From contig JAGQLY010000024.1 of assembly GCA_020428905.1 (NCBI GenBank), positions 1 through 55,185 of the forward strand: a stretch of 55,185 bases of DNA, written 5' to 3'. This document shows positions 17,462-29,118 of the stretch, in pieces (positions within the stretch are counted from its first letter, which is position 1; each line of letters opens with the position of its first letter). A program made the translations under genes and the position numbers. Under the pieces are notes generated by a model. The model was given only the letters and a program-made list of their open reading frames with translations, was not told the origin of the DNA and did not search any database. Source of the DNA: Candidatus Kaiserbacteria bacterium (GTDB lineage Bacteria > Patescibacteriota > Minisyncoccia > Phycocordibacterales > UBA918).

Positions 17462-18442
17462 ATGCAAAACGTCCGTGTTGCCGTACTTCGGGGTGGCCCG
17501 AGCGAAGAATACGATATCTCGATGCAAACGGGAGCGCAGGTTCTTGCAGTACTCGATACTACTACCCGCTTCGACCCGCTTGATGTCGTTATAACCAAAA
17601 ACGGCGAATGGTTGGTGGGCGGCTATGTGCGTCTTCCAGAACAGGTATTGCCTATTGTCGATGTGGTGTTTGTGGCACTTCATGGTACATACGGCGAAGA
17701 TGGTACGCTTCAACGACTTCTCGACCGCTACGGAAGCCGATATACGGGGAGTGGTGCATTTGCATCAGGTATCGCAATGCATAAGGCGACGACGAAAGAG
17801 CACCTTAAACGGGTAGGTATCAATACACCGAAACACTTCCTTGCGACTGAACAAGCACTCGATAATCTACACGGCACTGCCGCAAGTATACATGCACTCC
17901 TCGGCATGCCGGTGATTGTGAAGCCCGTAGCGTCAGGGTCTTCGGTGGGGGTCGTTAAGGTCAACACCATTCTGGGTCTTGAACAGGCACTCAAACAACT
18001 ACTCGCAGTATACCCGGGTGTTCTAATTGAAGAACTTGTTGTGGGCACGGAGGCAACATGTGGTGTTATTGAAGGTTTTCGCGGTGAAGCGTTGTATGCA
18101 CTACCACCGGTTGAAATAGTACCTAAAAATTCATCAGGCCTCTTTGATCATGTCGCCAAATATGATGGTTCAACAGAAGAAATTTGTCCCGGCCGCTTTG
18201 ATACCACGATCAAAGAACAGCTCATGGGAATAGCAAAACAAATTCACCAAGAACTCGGACTTTCACAGTACTCACGCTCTGATTTTATAGTGACACCATC
18301 TGACATCTACTTTTTGGAAGTGAACACTCTGCCTGGTTTGTCTACCGAATCACTATTTCCAAAGGCGCTGACGGCCGTTGGGAGCACTTTCTCAGAGTTC
18401 GTTTCTCACCTCCTCGAGGACGCACTTGAACGTCGGCGATAG
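17462..18442 (+). CDS. ddl: D-alanine--D-alanine ligase
   Basis: 326 aa, ATP-grasp fold. Motifs VAVLRGG.S.E...S, HGTYGEDGTLQ, EVNTLPGL. Confidence 0.93.
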   Translation: MQNVRVAVLRGGPSEEYDISMQTGAQVLAVLDTTTRFDPLDVVITKNGEWLVGGYVRLPEQVLPIVDVVFVALHGTYGEDGTLQRLLDRYGSRYTGSGAFASGIAMHKATTKEHLKRVGINTPKHFLATEQALDNLHGTAASIHALLGMPVIVKPVASGSSVGVVKVNTILGLEQALKQLLAVYPGVLIEELVVGTEATCGVIEGFRGEALYALPPVEIVPKNSSGLFDHVAKYDGSTEEICPGRFDTTIKEQLMGIAKQIHQELGLSQYSRSDFIVTPSDIYFLEVNTLPGLSTESLFPKALTAVGSTFSEFVSHLLEDALERRR

Positions 18443-18461
18443 AATTCATCCACAGCATCCA

Positions 18462-18490
18462 TTGACCAAATACAGCAAAATGCGTATGAT
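18462..18490 (+). promoter_or_regulatory. Candidate promoter TTGACC-N17-TATGAT for tRNA-Ala
   Basis: Hexamers at 18462-18467 and 18485-18490, ~37 nt upstream of the tRNA 5' end. Confidence 0.45.
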
Positions 18491-18527
18491 GTTCGGGTTC
18501 TCTTAGTGAGAACACCCACGTGTAGTT

Positions 18528-18604
18528 GGGCCCGTAGCTCAGTTGGCTAGAGCGCCTGTTTTGCACTCAGGAGGTCGCTGGTTCAAGTCCAGTCGGGTCC
18601 ACCA
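18528..18604 (+). tRNA. tRNA-Ala (anticodon UGC), CCA encoded
   Basis: Hand-folded cloverleaf. The acceptor stem GGGCCCG/CGGGTCC carries the G3:U70 alanine identity pair. D arm GCTCAGTTGGCTAGAGC, anticodon loop TTTGCAC, T arm GCTGGTTCAAGTCCAGT, 3' ACCA. Confidence 0.95.
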
Positions 18605-18651
18605 ACCACAGAAAAAACCGGAGGCAATCCGGTTTTTTCTGTGGTTGGTGG
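18599..18651 (+). terminator. Long hairpin (23-bp perfect arms, 7-nt loop) overlapping the tRNA 3' end, T6 in the descending arm
   Basis: CCACCAACCACAGAAAAAACCGG-aggcaat-CCGGTTTTTTCTGTGGTTGGTGG. Confidence 0.7.
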
Positions 18652-18934
18652 TCATTGTATCAAAAAGTCAGAACCCATTTCCAGCAGAACCCCGACTGAC
18701 TTCGCACGCGCCGCGTGCATGGTGGCTTTGACCCGCAAAGTACGCTCCACGCGCCAGAGAAGCGCCCCAGCCGCGCTCGCGGACTCGCGCGGGCAAACCC
18801 AAAAACTTCCTTGCATTTTTCTCGCGTCTCCTCCCCCCACCCCTCCGTCGCGAAGCGGAAAAAGAAATGGAAAGGAAATTTTTGGTTTGCTTTTGCCGCT
18901 ATCAAAGAAGACTAAAAATTGCTAGAATACGGAT

Positions 18935-19543
18935 ATGGAAGACCCTTCAAATAAGACGATAGAAACCTATCGGCAAAACTTTGATAAATACGTCGAGCGG
19001 ACGCCCGCCGTGAGTAGCGGCGAGTTCAATGAGTGGCAGGACTCTTTTCTGTCGCGTATTCCGCAGGGCGGAGTGATTTTGGAAATCGGCTCAGCGTCCG
19101 GCTGCGACGCTCGATATTTTGCAGAAAAGGGCTATAAAGTCGTTTGTACGGACATTGTTCCGCAAGCGTTAGAAAAACTCTCGGAGGAAGGTTTTGAAAC
19201 GGCTGAGTTTGATTTTCGTGATACACCAAAGCCGGAATGGTCTGACAAGTTTGACGGATTTTTCGCTAACGCTGTTCTGCTTCACGCGCCGCCGGATGTC
19301 TTTGAAAATGCCTTGCGAAATGTCGCTCTCGTCCTAAAAGAAAGAGGCGTTGTGGCATTTTCTCTCAAAACTGGCGAGGGCGAGGAAATTTCAATGGAGA
19401 AAATGGATGCGCCGAGATATTTTCGCTATCACAGTGAGCCGGAAATACGCGAGATTTTGAGCAGACTTCCATTTGAGATTATTAGCATTTCTCACGCCGA
19501 TAATGAAAAGTGGTTGTATGTTGTCATGCAAGTGAAAAAGTAA
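18935..19543 (+). CDS. Class I SAM-dependent methyltransferase
   Basis: 202 aa. SAM motif I VILEIGSASGCDARYF, an acidic motif II residue after (K)VVCTD, and motif FANAVLLH. TGCTAGAAT sits 6 nt upstream of the ATG. Confidence 0.85.
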   Translation: MEDPSNKTIETYRQNFDKYVERTPAVSSGEFNEWQDSFLSRIPQGGVILEIGSASGCDARYFAEKGYKVVCTDIVPQALEKLSEEGFETAEFDFRDTPKPEWSDKFDGFFANAVLLHAPPDVFENALRNVALVLKERGVVAFSLKTGEGEEISMEKMDAPRYFRYHSEPEIREILSRLPFEIISISHADNEKWLYVVMQVKK

Positions 19544-19546
19544 ATT

Positions 19547-19678
19547 ATGAAAACAATCCTTGTAGACGCCGTAGATGCCTTTGTTGTAGAAACCGCGAAC
19601 GGTTTTGAGATTTTTGCCTATTTATTTATAATGCTAAAACGAGTAAGACGGGGCAGGAGATTGTTACGAACAAAGTGA
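19547..19678 (+). pseudogene. Possible remnant of a HAD-like hydrolase N-terminus
   Basis: 43-codon ORF. MKTILVDAVDAFVVETANGFEIF.. resembles, from memory only, the first ~22 aa of small HAD-like proteins, then degenerates into basic junk (..KRVRRGRRLLRTK). Confidence 0.25.
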
Positions 19679-19800
19679 GTCACAGACGTGCGTCACAAGA
19701 CGACCGTTTTGTCGTCGGACGCCACGAGGTAAGAAAGCGCCGAACCAACACCCACATCTTCCCATAACACTGCTTCTTTGCTACAATATCGGCGTTTTTT

Positions 19801-20580
19801 ATGGGTTTTGTATCGGTAGCACACGCCGCAGAGGAAGGGGGACTTTCCATACACCTTGCACCACAGGTTTTGGGGCATGTTTTTGGCATACCACTCACAA
19901 ATACACTCGTGACTGTTTGGTTTGTGATGATTGTTCTTGCCGTCCTCGTTTTTTTTATACGAAAAAACCTTACGGAGGTGCCGGGAAAGCTTCAGCTTGT
20001 AATTGAAAGTCTTATTGGGTACGTACACGACTTCGTCGAGGAAACACTCGAAAACAAGGTGTTGGCGAAAAAGGTCTTCCCACTCGTACTTACTATCTTT
20101 ATTTTTGTACTTGCCGCAAACTGGATTGGTCTGTTGCCTGGGGTCGATAGTATTGGCATCACTACCGAGCAGCACGGTGAAAGCTCGTTTATCGGTTTTC
20201 TCCATCCAGCAAACACCGATCTCAACATTACACTTGCGCTTGCTCTCATCTCTTTCTTTGCTATCGAAGTTATTGGTATTTCACTCCTTGGGGCCTTTAC
20301 GTACGCACGAAAGTTTCTTAATTTCGGCTCACCAATGAAACTTATGGTCGGTATTATTGAGCTCTTTAGTGAGTTTGCGCGCCTCATTTCATTTGCTTTC
20401 CGATTGTTCGGTAATATCTTTGCAGGAAAGACCCTTATTTTGGTTGCTATTTTCTTTGTGCCGTACGTCGTGCCGGTGCCACTCTTAGCTTTTGAACTTT
20501 TTGTCGGCTTTATTCAGGCGTTTATTTTTGCTATCTTGACATTGTTCTTCATCAAGTTAGCAGTCGAAATGCCGCATTAG
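19801..20580 (+). CDS. atpB: F0F1 ATP synthase subunit a
   Basis: 259 aa, polytopic. Conserved stator Arg in AFRLFGNIFAG. TGCTACAAT at 19779-19787 lies upstream. Confidence 0.93.
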   Translation: MGFVSVAHAAEEGGLSIHLAPQVLGHVFGIPLTNTLVTVWFVMIVLAVLVFFIRKNLTEVPGKLQLVIESLIGYVHDFVEETLENKVLAKKVFPLVLTIFIFVLAANWIGLLPGVDSIGITTEQHGESSFIGFLHPANTDLNITLALALISFFAIEVIGISLLGAFTYARKFLNFGSPMKLMVGIIELFSEFARLISFAFRLFGNIFAGKTLILVAIFFVPYVVPVPLLAFELFVGFIQAFIFAILTLFFIKLAVEMPH

Positions 20581-20611
20581 TGAGCAAATGATGTGCCGCT
20601 TACAAAAGTAG

Positions 20612-20884
<273 letters not shown>

Positions 20885-20906
20885 CGCCTTAAAACACTTC
20901 TCACGT

Positions 20907-21356
20907 ATGCAGGAAATATTCAACGCATTCGGCATAGATGCACGACTCATTGTTATACAGATAATCAACTTTGGGTTGTTGCTTTTTGCGCTGTGGTATT
21001 TTCTGTACACGCCAGTACTTACCTTGCTCGATGAACGACAAAAAAAGATTGAGAAAGGTGTCACAGATGCAGAAGATGCTGCACGTTCCAAGGAAGCGGC
21101 AGCGAGCGAGCGAACCACCATTGTTTCAGAGGCACACAAAGATGCAGAGCATATTGTAGAGCGTGCCAAACAGCACGCTGACGAAAAGGTTGCAGCACTT
21201 ATACAAGATGCGCAGCATACCGCCAGTCGTATCACTGCAGATGCACAAGCACGTGGTGAGGAAATAAAGGCGCGTGCCGAGGAGGAAAGTAAAGATGAAG
21301 TTGCAAAACTTGCTATACTCGCAGCAGAAAAGGTGCTTCGAGAAAAACTTGATTAA
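20907..21356 (+). CDS. atpF: F0F1 ATP synthase subunit b
   Basis: 149 aa. N-terminal TM followed by a long charged helix. Position between atpE and atpH. Confidence 0.85.
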   Translation: MQEIFNAFGIDARLIVIQIINFGLLLFALWYFLYTPVLTLLDERQKKIEKGVTDAEDAARSKEAAASERTTIVSEAHKDAEHIVERAKQHADEKVAALIQDAQHTASRITADAQARGEEIKARAEEESKDEVAKLAILAAEKVLREKLD

Positions 21357-21358
21357 TC

Positions 21359-21742
21359 ATGAAAGCACACGACTACAGTATCGCAACATACGATGTACTA
21401 AATTCCGGCACAGAACCCACGGTGGCTCTGACCGGACTTGCACAGGTGCTTGAAAAACGCGGTCACACGAAGCTCTATTCCACAGTATTGCGTGGTCTCG
21501 TGCATCTTCTTGAACAAAGAGGTGAAACATCTGCGCATGTATCTGTAGCACGAGAGCAAGACATCAAAACCCTCAAAAAAGAAATTACCAATGCATTACA
21601 TCAGCTCGGTGCGGAGGGCCCACATACCGTACATGTCGATGGTTCGCTCATCGGAGGATTTGTCGCCAAGTATCAAAATCGCATCTTCGACACAAGCTAC
21701 AAAAGCCAGCTTGTATCGCTATACCGAAACGCAACACGGTAA
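21359..21742 (+). CDS. atpH: F0F1 ATP synthase subunit delta (OSCP), short form
   Basis: 127 aa. C-terminal LIGGFVAKYQNRIFDTSYKSQL matches the delta C-terminal signature. Operon position supports the call. Confidence 0.75.
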   Translation: MKAHDYSIATYDVLNSGTEPTVALTGLAQVLEKRGHTKLYSTVLRGLVHLLEQRGETSAHVSVAREQDIKTLKKEITNALHQLGAEGPHTVHVDGSLIGGFVAKYQNRIFDTSYKSQLVSLYRNATR

Positions 21743-21775
21743 GGTACATCACTATTAGCACTAATAGCACACACT

Positions 21776-23344
21776 ATGAGCACCACGATTATTGAACGAA
21801 TAAAAAAAGAAATTGCCGGACTCGACACAACCGGGGCTGTCGCAGAAAGCGGGACGGTCATTTCGGTAAGTGACGGAGTGGCGGAAGTTGAGGGTATTCG
21901 CGACGCCCGAATGATGGAGATGGTTGTGTTTGATGACGCAACCAACAAGACTCTCAGTGAAACACTCGCTACGGACGATGTGCTCTATGGGTTGGTGCTT
22001 AACCTCGAAGAAGAAACAGTGAAAGTGGTGGTGCTTGGTGATGCAAATCGTGTTGCAGAGGGTATGTGTGTAACGCGTTCAGGAAAGTTGCTTAGCATTC
22101 CTGTGGGTGAGACCATCGTAGGGCGTGTAGTAAACCCGCTGGGCGAAGCTATTGATGGTAAAGGACCTGTCACAGCAACCAAAGATATGCCTCTTGAGCG
22201 TGTGGCCTACGGTGTCATGGAGCGTTCTGCTGTAAACGAGCCTATTCACACTGGTATTAAAGCGATTGACTCAATGATTCCCATCGGTCGTGGTCAACGT
22301 GAGCTCATCATCGGTGACCGCGCAACGGGCAAAACCACTATCGCAATCGACACCATTCTGAACCAAAAGTATGAACCAAGAGAAAAGCGTCCTATTTGTA
22401 TCTATGTTGCTATTGGTCAAAAGGAGTCGAAGACGGCGCGTATCGTAGCGAAGCTCGAGGAAGCGGGTGCAATGGAATACACCATAGTCGTTTCTACCTC
22501 TGCTGCAAACCCGTCGCCACTACTATTTCTTGCACCGTTCGCGGGAGCTGCGATAGGTGAGTTCTTTATGGAGCAGGGGAAGGACGTACTTGTCGTATAT
22601 GATGACCTCTCGAAACATGCAGTGGCGTACCGACAGATGTCACTCTTGTTGCGCCGCCCGCCAGGACGCGAGGCGTATCCTGGAGATATCTTTTATCTCC
22701 ACTCACGTCTTTTGGAGCGATCAGCGAAGCTTTCGACAGAGCTTGGTGGTGGTTCTATTACTGCTCTACCAATCATTGAGACGCAGGAAGGTGACGTGTC
22801 TGCGTATATTCCTACGAACGTTATTTCTATTACTGACGGACAAATTTTTCTCGAAACAGACCTTTTCAACAAGGGCATTCGCCCGGCCCTTAATGTTGGT
22901 ATTTCTGTGTCTCGCGTAGGTAGTAGTGCGCAAACAAAGGCCATGAAGAAAGTTGCTGGTAAGATCCGTCTTGAGTTAGCTCAATTTCGTGAGTTGGAGG
23001 CCTTTATGCAGTTTGCTGGAGACCTTGATGAAGACACTAAGCAGCGTATTGAACGTGGACAAAAATACACCGAGCTTCTCAAACAGGATCAACATCAACC
23101 ACTTCCATTCTATAAGCAGGTGGTGAGCATCTTTGCTGCTAACAACGGGCTGTTTGACGGTCTCTCACAACAAAACGTAATTGCTGCGGTAGAGGCACTA
23201 CTTGACATGGTTGAACGTGATCGGCCCGAGATATTTAAGACGCTTGAGTCTGAACGCGCAATCAGCGATACGCTCGAACAAGACCTCGTGAAACTCATTG
23301 CTGACTTTAAATCGACACACGCCAATCTCTACACCACCGCATAA
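21776..23344 (+). CDS. atpA: F0F1 ATP synthase subunit alpha
   Basis: 522 aa. Walker [24 protein letters not shown], and other alpha signatures. Confidence 0.97.
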   Translation: MSTTIIERIKKEIAGLDTTGAVAESGTVISVSDGVAEVEGIRDARMMEMVVFDDATNKTLSETLATDDVLYGLVLNLEEETVKVVVLGDANRVAEGMCVTRSGKLLSIPVGETIVGRVVNPLGEAIDGKGPVTATKDMPLERVAYGVMERSAVNEPIHTGIKAIDSMIPIGRGQRELIIGDRATGKTTIAIDTILNQKYEPREKRPICIYVAIGQKESKTARIVAKLEEAGAMEYTIVVSTSAANPSPLLFLAPFAGAAIGEFFMEQGKDVLVVYDDLSKHAVAYRQMSLLLRRPPGREAYPGDIFYLHSRLLERSAKLSTELGGGSITALPIIETQEGDVSAYIPTNVISITDGQIFLETDLFNKGIRPALNVGISVSRVGSSAQTKAMKKVAGKIRLELAQFRELEAFMQFAGDLDEDTKQRIERGQKYTELLKQDQHQPLPFYKQVVSIFAANNGLFDGLSQQNVIAAVEALLDMVERDRPEIFKTLESERAISDTLEQDLVKLIADFKSTHANLYTTA

Positions 23345-23359
23345 CACACCCGACGTATC

Positions 23360-25712
<2,353 letters not shown>

Positions 25713-25719
25713 ACGTATC

Positions 25720-25974
25720 ATGGCAACCACTGACACACTCACACTCACTATTGCGAAAGTCGATCAGATTCTTTTTGAGGGAGAGGCGCTTTCCGTGTAC
25801 GTGCCTGGAATTGAAGGTGTTATGACCGTTTTGCCGCATCATGAACCGTTTGTTTCAATTTTGGCAGCGGGAGACATTGTGGTAACTGAGGTAGACAACA
25901 CCGAACGCACGTTGTCGGTTGCTGACGGCGGCGTCATTGAAATCAGCACTAATCAAGCAACTATCTTGGTGTAA
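25720..25974 (+). CDS. atpC: F0F1 ATP synthase subunit epsilon, beta-sandwich domain only
   Basis: 84 aa from ATG 25720 (the track TTG 25696 overlaps atpD). ..G.MTVLP.HEP.. motif. No C-terminal helical hairpin. Confidence 0.85.
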   Translation: MATTDTLTLTIAKVDQILFEGEALSVYVPGIEGVMTVLPHHEPFVSILAAGDIVVTEVDNTERTLSVADGGVIEISTNQATILV

Positions 25975-25988
25975 CAACCCCTCCAGCT

Positions 25989-26013
25989 ACATTAGGGATC
26001 CGATCCCTAATGT
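25989..26013 (+). terminator. Hairpin ACATTAGGGATC-c-GATCCCTAATGT after the atp operon (no U-tract)
   Basis: 12-nt perfect arms, 15 nt after the atpC stop. Confidence 0.5.
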
Positions 26014-26081
26014 GGCCTGTGGATGTTTAGGTTTAGTTAGTAGCACGCACACTAAAAATATCTGATACAATAACATTCACT

Positions 26082-26375
26082 ATGTTTGGAAAAGCAAAAA
26101 ATTTCATGATGAAGAAGCTGCTCGAGCGGCAGCTTAAGAACGCTCCCGCAGAACAACGGGACGCGCTTATGGCGGTATTTGAAAATAACCCAAAGTTACT
26201 TGAAGACATCGCAAAAGAGATGCAGGTGGAAATGAAGGGGGGTAAAGACCAAATGGCGGCGGCGATGAAGGTCCTCCCGAAATATCAAGCAGAGCTCCAA
26301 AAAGCAATGGGGAACAAAATGCCACAACAGGGAAGTGGTGCGCAGTTCAACCCCAACGGTTCAATTCATAAATAA
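26082..26375 (+). CDS. Hypothetical small helical protein
   Basis: 97-aa ORF, K/E/M/A-rich, no TM. No motif recognised with confidence. Confidence 0.5.
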   Translation: MFGKAKNFMMKKLLERQLKNAPAEQRDALMAVFENNPKLLEDIAKEMQVEMKGGKDQMAAAMKVLPKYQAELQKAMGNKMPQQGSGAQFNPNGSIHK

Positions 26376-26394
26376 AAACGCTCACGATCTGACA

Positions 26395-26985
26395 ATGAAG
26401 ACGATAGAAAAAAAGAAAATCGTGGTGCTCTTGGGGCACCCAGACGCAAATGCTTTTTCAGGGCTGGTGGCAAGTACCTATGAAGCAGCTGCGCGAGAAG
26501 CTGGACACGATGTTGAACGCATAAACATCGGAGATCTCCACTTTGATCCTATTTTGCATCGTGGATACAAAGAAATTCAAGAACTCGAACCAGATCTTCA
26601 TATGGTGCAAGAAAAAATTAACTGGGCCGACCACTTGGTCGTGGTGTATCCAAACTGGTGGTGTACGATGCCGGCGCTTCTTAAGGGCCTGTTTGATCGC
26701 ATGTGGCTTCCGGGGTTTGCTTTCAATTTTGACAAAGTAACCAAAAAACTTATTCAGCGCCTCAAAGGAAAGACCGCGCGAGTAGTGATTATTGCCGGAA
26801 CACACAGTCCGTTCCAAACGTGGTGGAAATTTGGTGACTACACGAATGAAATTGCACAGGGGACACTCGGCTTTGCTGGTTTTAAAGTACGAGTAAGTTC
26901 ATTTGGTCCTACAGAACGAGGCGGAGAAAAAGTCTGCAAACACTGCCTCGATGAAATGAAAACACTTGGTAAAAAGGGTGTCTAA
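26395..26985 (+). CDS. Flavodoxin-like fold NAD(P)H dehydrogenase (quinone) family protein
   Basis: KKIVVLLGHPD..SF, WADHLVVVYPNWW...PALLKG..DR. The start is moved to ATG 26395; the track start overlaps the upstream gene. Confidence 0.85.
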   Translation: MKTIEKKKIVVLLGHPDANAFSGLVASTYEAAAREAGHDVERINIGDLHFDPILHRGYKEIQELEPDLHMVQEKINWADHLVVVYPNWWCTMPALLKGLFDRMWLPGFAFNFDKVTKKLIQRLKGKTARVVIIAGTHSPFQTWWKFGDYTNEIAQGTLGFAGFKVRVSSFGPTERGGEKVCKHCLDEMKTLGKKGV

Positions 26986-26990
26986 GATGT

Positions 26991-27305
26991 ATGAACAAAT
27001 ATCAAAAAGAAGTAGACGAGTGGGTAACGCAATACAAGATTGGTTACTTCAAACCACTTGAGATTTTAGCGCGCCTCACAGAAGAAACCGGAGAGGTTGC
27101 ACGTGAACTTAATCATCATTTCGGTCCAAAGAAAAAGAAGTCAACGGAGGAGACGAAGGAACTCGAAGACGAAATCGGTGACATCATTTTTACTCTATGT
27201 TGTCTCGCTAATTCTCTTAACCTCAACCTTGACCGAGGATTTGGACATGCTATGGACAAGTGCTATGGTCGTGACAAAGACCGTTGGGAAAAGCGAGGGT
27301 CCTAG
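26991..27305 (+). CDS. MazG-like nucleotide pyrophosphohydrolase
   Basis: 104 aa. E..GE.A and EL.DEIGDIIF.L..LAN motifs of the all-alpha NTP-PPase fold. Confidence 0.85.
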   Translation: MNKYQKEVDEWVTQYKIGYFKPLEILARLTEETGEVARELNHHFGPKKKKSTEETKELEDEIGDIIFTLCCLANSLNLNLDRGFGHAMDKCYGRDKDRWEKRGS

Positions 27306-27339
27306 AATATACAGTCAAAATCTGCTAGTCTTACTCCGC

Positions 27340-28440
27340 ATGAGCTTAAGTGTTGGAATTGTGGGACTCCCCAATGTCGGAAAATCGACGCTTTTTAATG
27401 CGCTTACCAAAAACGCCGTTCCGGCAGAAAACTATCCGTTCTGTACCATCGACCCTTCGGTGGGCGTGGTCGCGGTGCCGGATCATCGTCTTGATACATT
27501 GGCAAAAATATCCAATTCGGAAAAGGTCGTGCCGGCGATTGTAGAATTTGTTGATATTGCAGGTCTGGTGAAAGGTGCTGCCGCCGGTGAAGGACTCGGA
27601 AACAAATTTCTGGCAAACATTCGTGAGGTAGATATGATTGCCGAGGTAGTGCGTATCTTTGAAGATGAAAATGTACACCACGTTTCTGGGGCAGTGGATC
27701 CACTCAGTGATATTGAAGTCATTAACCTCGAACTCATCCTCGCCGACTCAGAAACAGTGAGTAAACGGATTAGTAGTGTCGAGCGCGATGCGAAACGTGG
27801 TGACAAAGACGCTGTTGCAGAACAAGCAATTCTCGGTTCACTCGCACAGCACCTTGAGGCAGGAAAATTGGCGCACACGCTCGAGATGTCCGACAGTGAC
27901 CATGCGCGCGTGAAGGGGCTTCACCTCCTCACCATGAAACCGTTTCTCTATGTCTGTAATCGCAAAAACGGTGCCTTCAACCTCGACGAACAAAACGACG
28001 AGCGGTGGCAAGAGCTCATGGACTTTTTTGACACTACTGGCGCAGAGTACGTTGTTGTTGATGCGGGTATTGAACACGAACTCAAAGATCTACACGAAGA
28101 CGAGAAGAATGAGTTTCGTCGCGAATATGGTACCCAAAGCAGCGGCATTGATGGCCTCATTCGTGCGTCATATCATCGGCTCGGTCTTATGTCATTTTTC
28201 ACTACCGGAGAAAAAGAGACGCGCGCATGGACCATTCCACAATCATCGACAGCGCCTGAGGCAGGGGCAGCGATTCATACTGATTTCAAAGACAAATTTA
28301 TTCGTGCGCAGGTTATGAGTTTTGAAGATCTTGCACAACTTGGTTCGGTAGCGAAGGTACGTGAGTCGGGCAAGGTACGCACCGAAGGGAAAGAGTACAT
28401 TGTGCAGGAAGGAGATGTAATGGAATTTTTACACTCATAA
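27340..28440 (+). CDS. ychF: Redox-regulated ATPase YchF
   Basis: 366 aa from ATG 27340. G1 motif GIVGLPNVGKSTLFNALT, DIAGLV, and the C-terminal YchF/TGS-like region TRAWTI..G..AP.AAG.IHTDF...FIRA. Confidence 0.95.
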   Translation: MSLSVGIVGLPNVGKSTLFNALTKNAVPAENYPFCTIDPSVGVVAVPDHRLDTLAKISNSEKVVPAIVEFVDIAGLVKGAAAGEGLGNKFLANIREVDMIAEVVRIFEDENVHHVSGAVDPLSDIEVINLELILADSETVSKRISSVERDAKRGDKDAVAEQAILGSLAQHLEAGKLAHTLEMSDSDHARVKGLHLLTMKPFLYVCNRKNGAFNLDEQNDERWQELMDFFDTTGAEYVVVDAGIEHELKDLHEDEKNEFRREYGTQSSGIDGLIRASYHRLGLMSFFTTGEKETRAWTIPQSSTAPEAGAAIHTDFKDKFIRAQVMSFEDLAQLGSVAKVRESGKVRTEGKEYIVQEGDVMEFLHS

Positions 28441-28443
28441 CCT

Positions 28444-28704
28444 ATGGAGGGCGGCTGGACGGTGTACATACTTCGCTGTGCTGACGGCACCTACTACTCG
28501 GGAGTAACAACCAACATCACACGTCGGCTGCAAGAACACAACAGCGCGACTCTGGGGGCAAAATATACTCGCTCACGACAGCCGGTATCGGTGGTATACC
28601 AAGAATCCTGTGCGTCACGAAGTGATGCACAGGTTCGTGAAGCCGCCATAAAATCCCTCACACGAGGCAAAAAGGATGCGCTTATACGAACACAAACGTC
28701 GTGA
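28444..28704 (+). CDS. GIY-YIG domain protein (UPF0213 type)
   Basis: 86 aa. VYILRC.DGTYYSGVTTNI.RRL.EHN, then ..Y......E..IK. Confidence 0.85.
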   Translation: MEGGWTVYILRCADGTYYSGVTTNITRRLQEHNSATLGAKYTRSRQPVSVVYQESCASRSDAQVREAAIKSLTRGKKDALIRTQTS

Positions 28705-28718
28705 TATACTGGCTACGT

Positions 28719-29093
28719 ATGAAAGCAAGTTATTTTTTTGTCCTCAGTATTATTCTTATCGTGATTGGTCTCGGTTTTGCACGTAAGCACGCCGACAATA
28801 CGCCACAGGTGAGCGTATACGACGACTTCGCCAGCTGTCTTGCTGATGCTGGGGCGGTCTTCTACGGCGCATGGTGGTGTCCACATTGCAATAACCAAAA
28901 AGAGGCGTTCGACAATTCAAAGAATCTTCCGTACGTGGAATGTTCAACGTCTGACGGTCAGGGTCAGACACAACAGTGTATCGATGAACAAATAACCGGC
29001 TACCCGACATGGAAATTTGGTGATGGTAGCGTACTCAACGGAGAAGTTCCACTTGCTGAGCTCGCTGCTAAAACCGGATGCGTTCTCCCATAG
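28719..29093 (+). CDS. Membrane-anchored thioredoxin-like protein (CPHC), of the type fused to VKOR in other bacteria
   Basis: N-terminal TM. FYGAWWCPHCNNQKE.F....LPYVEC......Q..C....I.GYPTW. ATG 28719 is preferred over GTG 28701. Confidence 0.75.
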   Translation: MKASYFFVLSIILIVIGLGFARKHADNTPQVSVYDDFASCLADAGAVFYGAWWCPHCNNQKEAFDNSKNLPYVECSTSDGQGQTQQCIDEQITGYPTWKFGDGSVLNGEVPLAELAAKTGCVLP

Positions 29094-29118
29094 CACATAA
29101 TCAATAATCAAAAATACT

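Noticed and set aside
18641-18925. Several overlapping ORFs in both strands across the GC-rich block (18641..18925, 18715..18915, 18660..18905, 18652..18840).
   Set aside because: Simultaneous openness in many frames is expected for GC-rich non-coding DNA. The translations are Arg/Ala/Pro/Ser-rich with no motif, so I treat the block as non-coding and report it as a compositional anomaly instead.
27097-27339. N-terminal ORF extensions overlapping upstream genes in another frame: 27097 (ychF), 26335 (NQO-like), 12031 (kinase), 38368 (ogt), 2074 (AI-2E), 49988 (rplM), 25696 (atpC), 40341 (pepF).
   Set aside because: The conserved protein N-termini begin at internal ATGs just after the upstream stop codons. 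The extensions are basic or low-complexity sequence, so they are track artefacts rather than overlapping genes.
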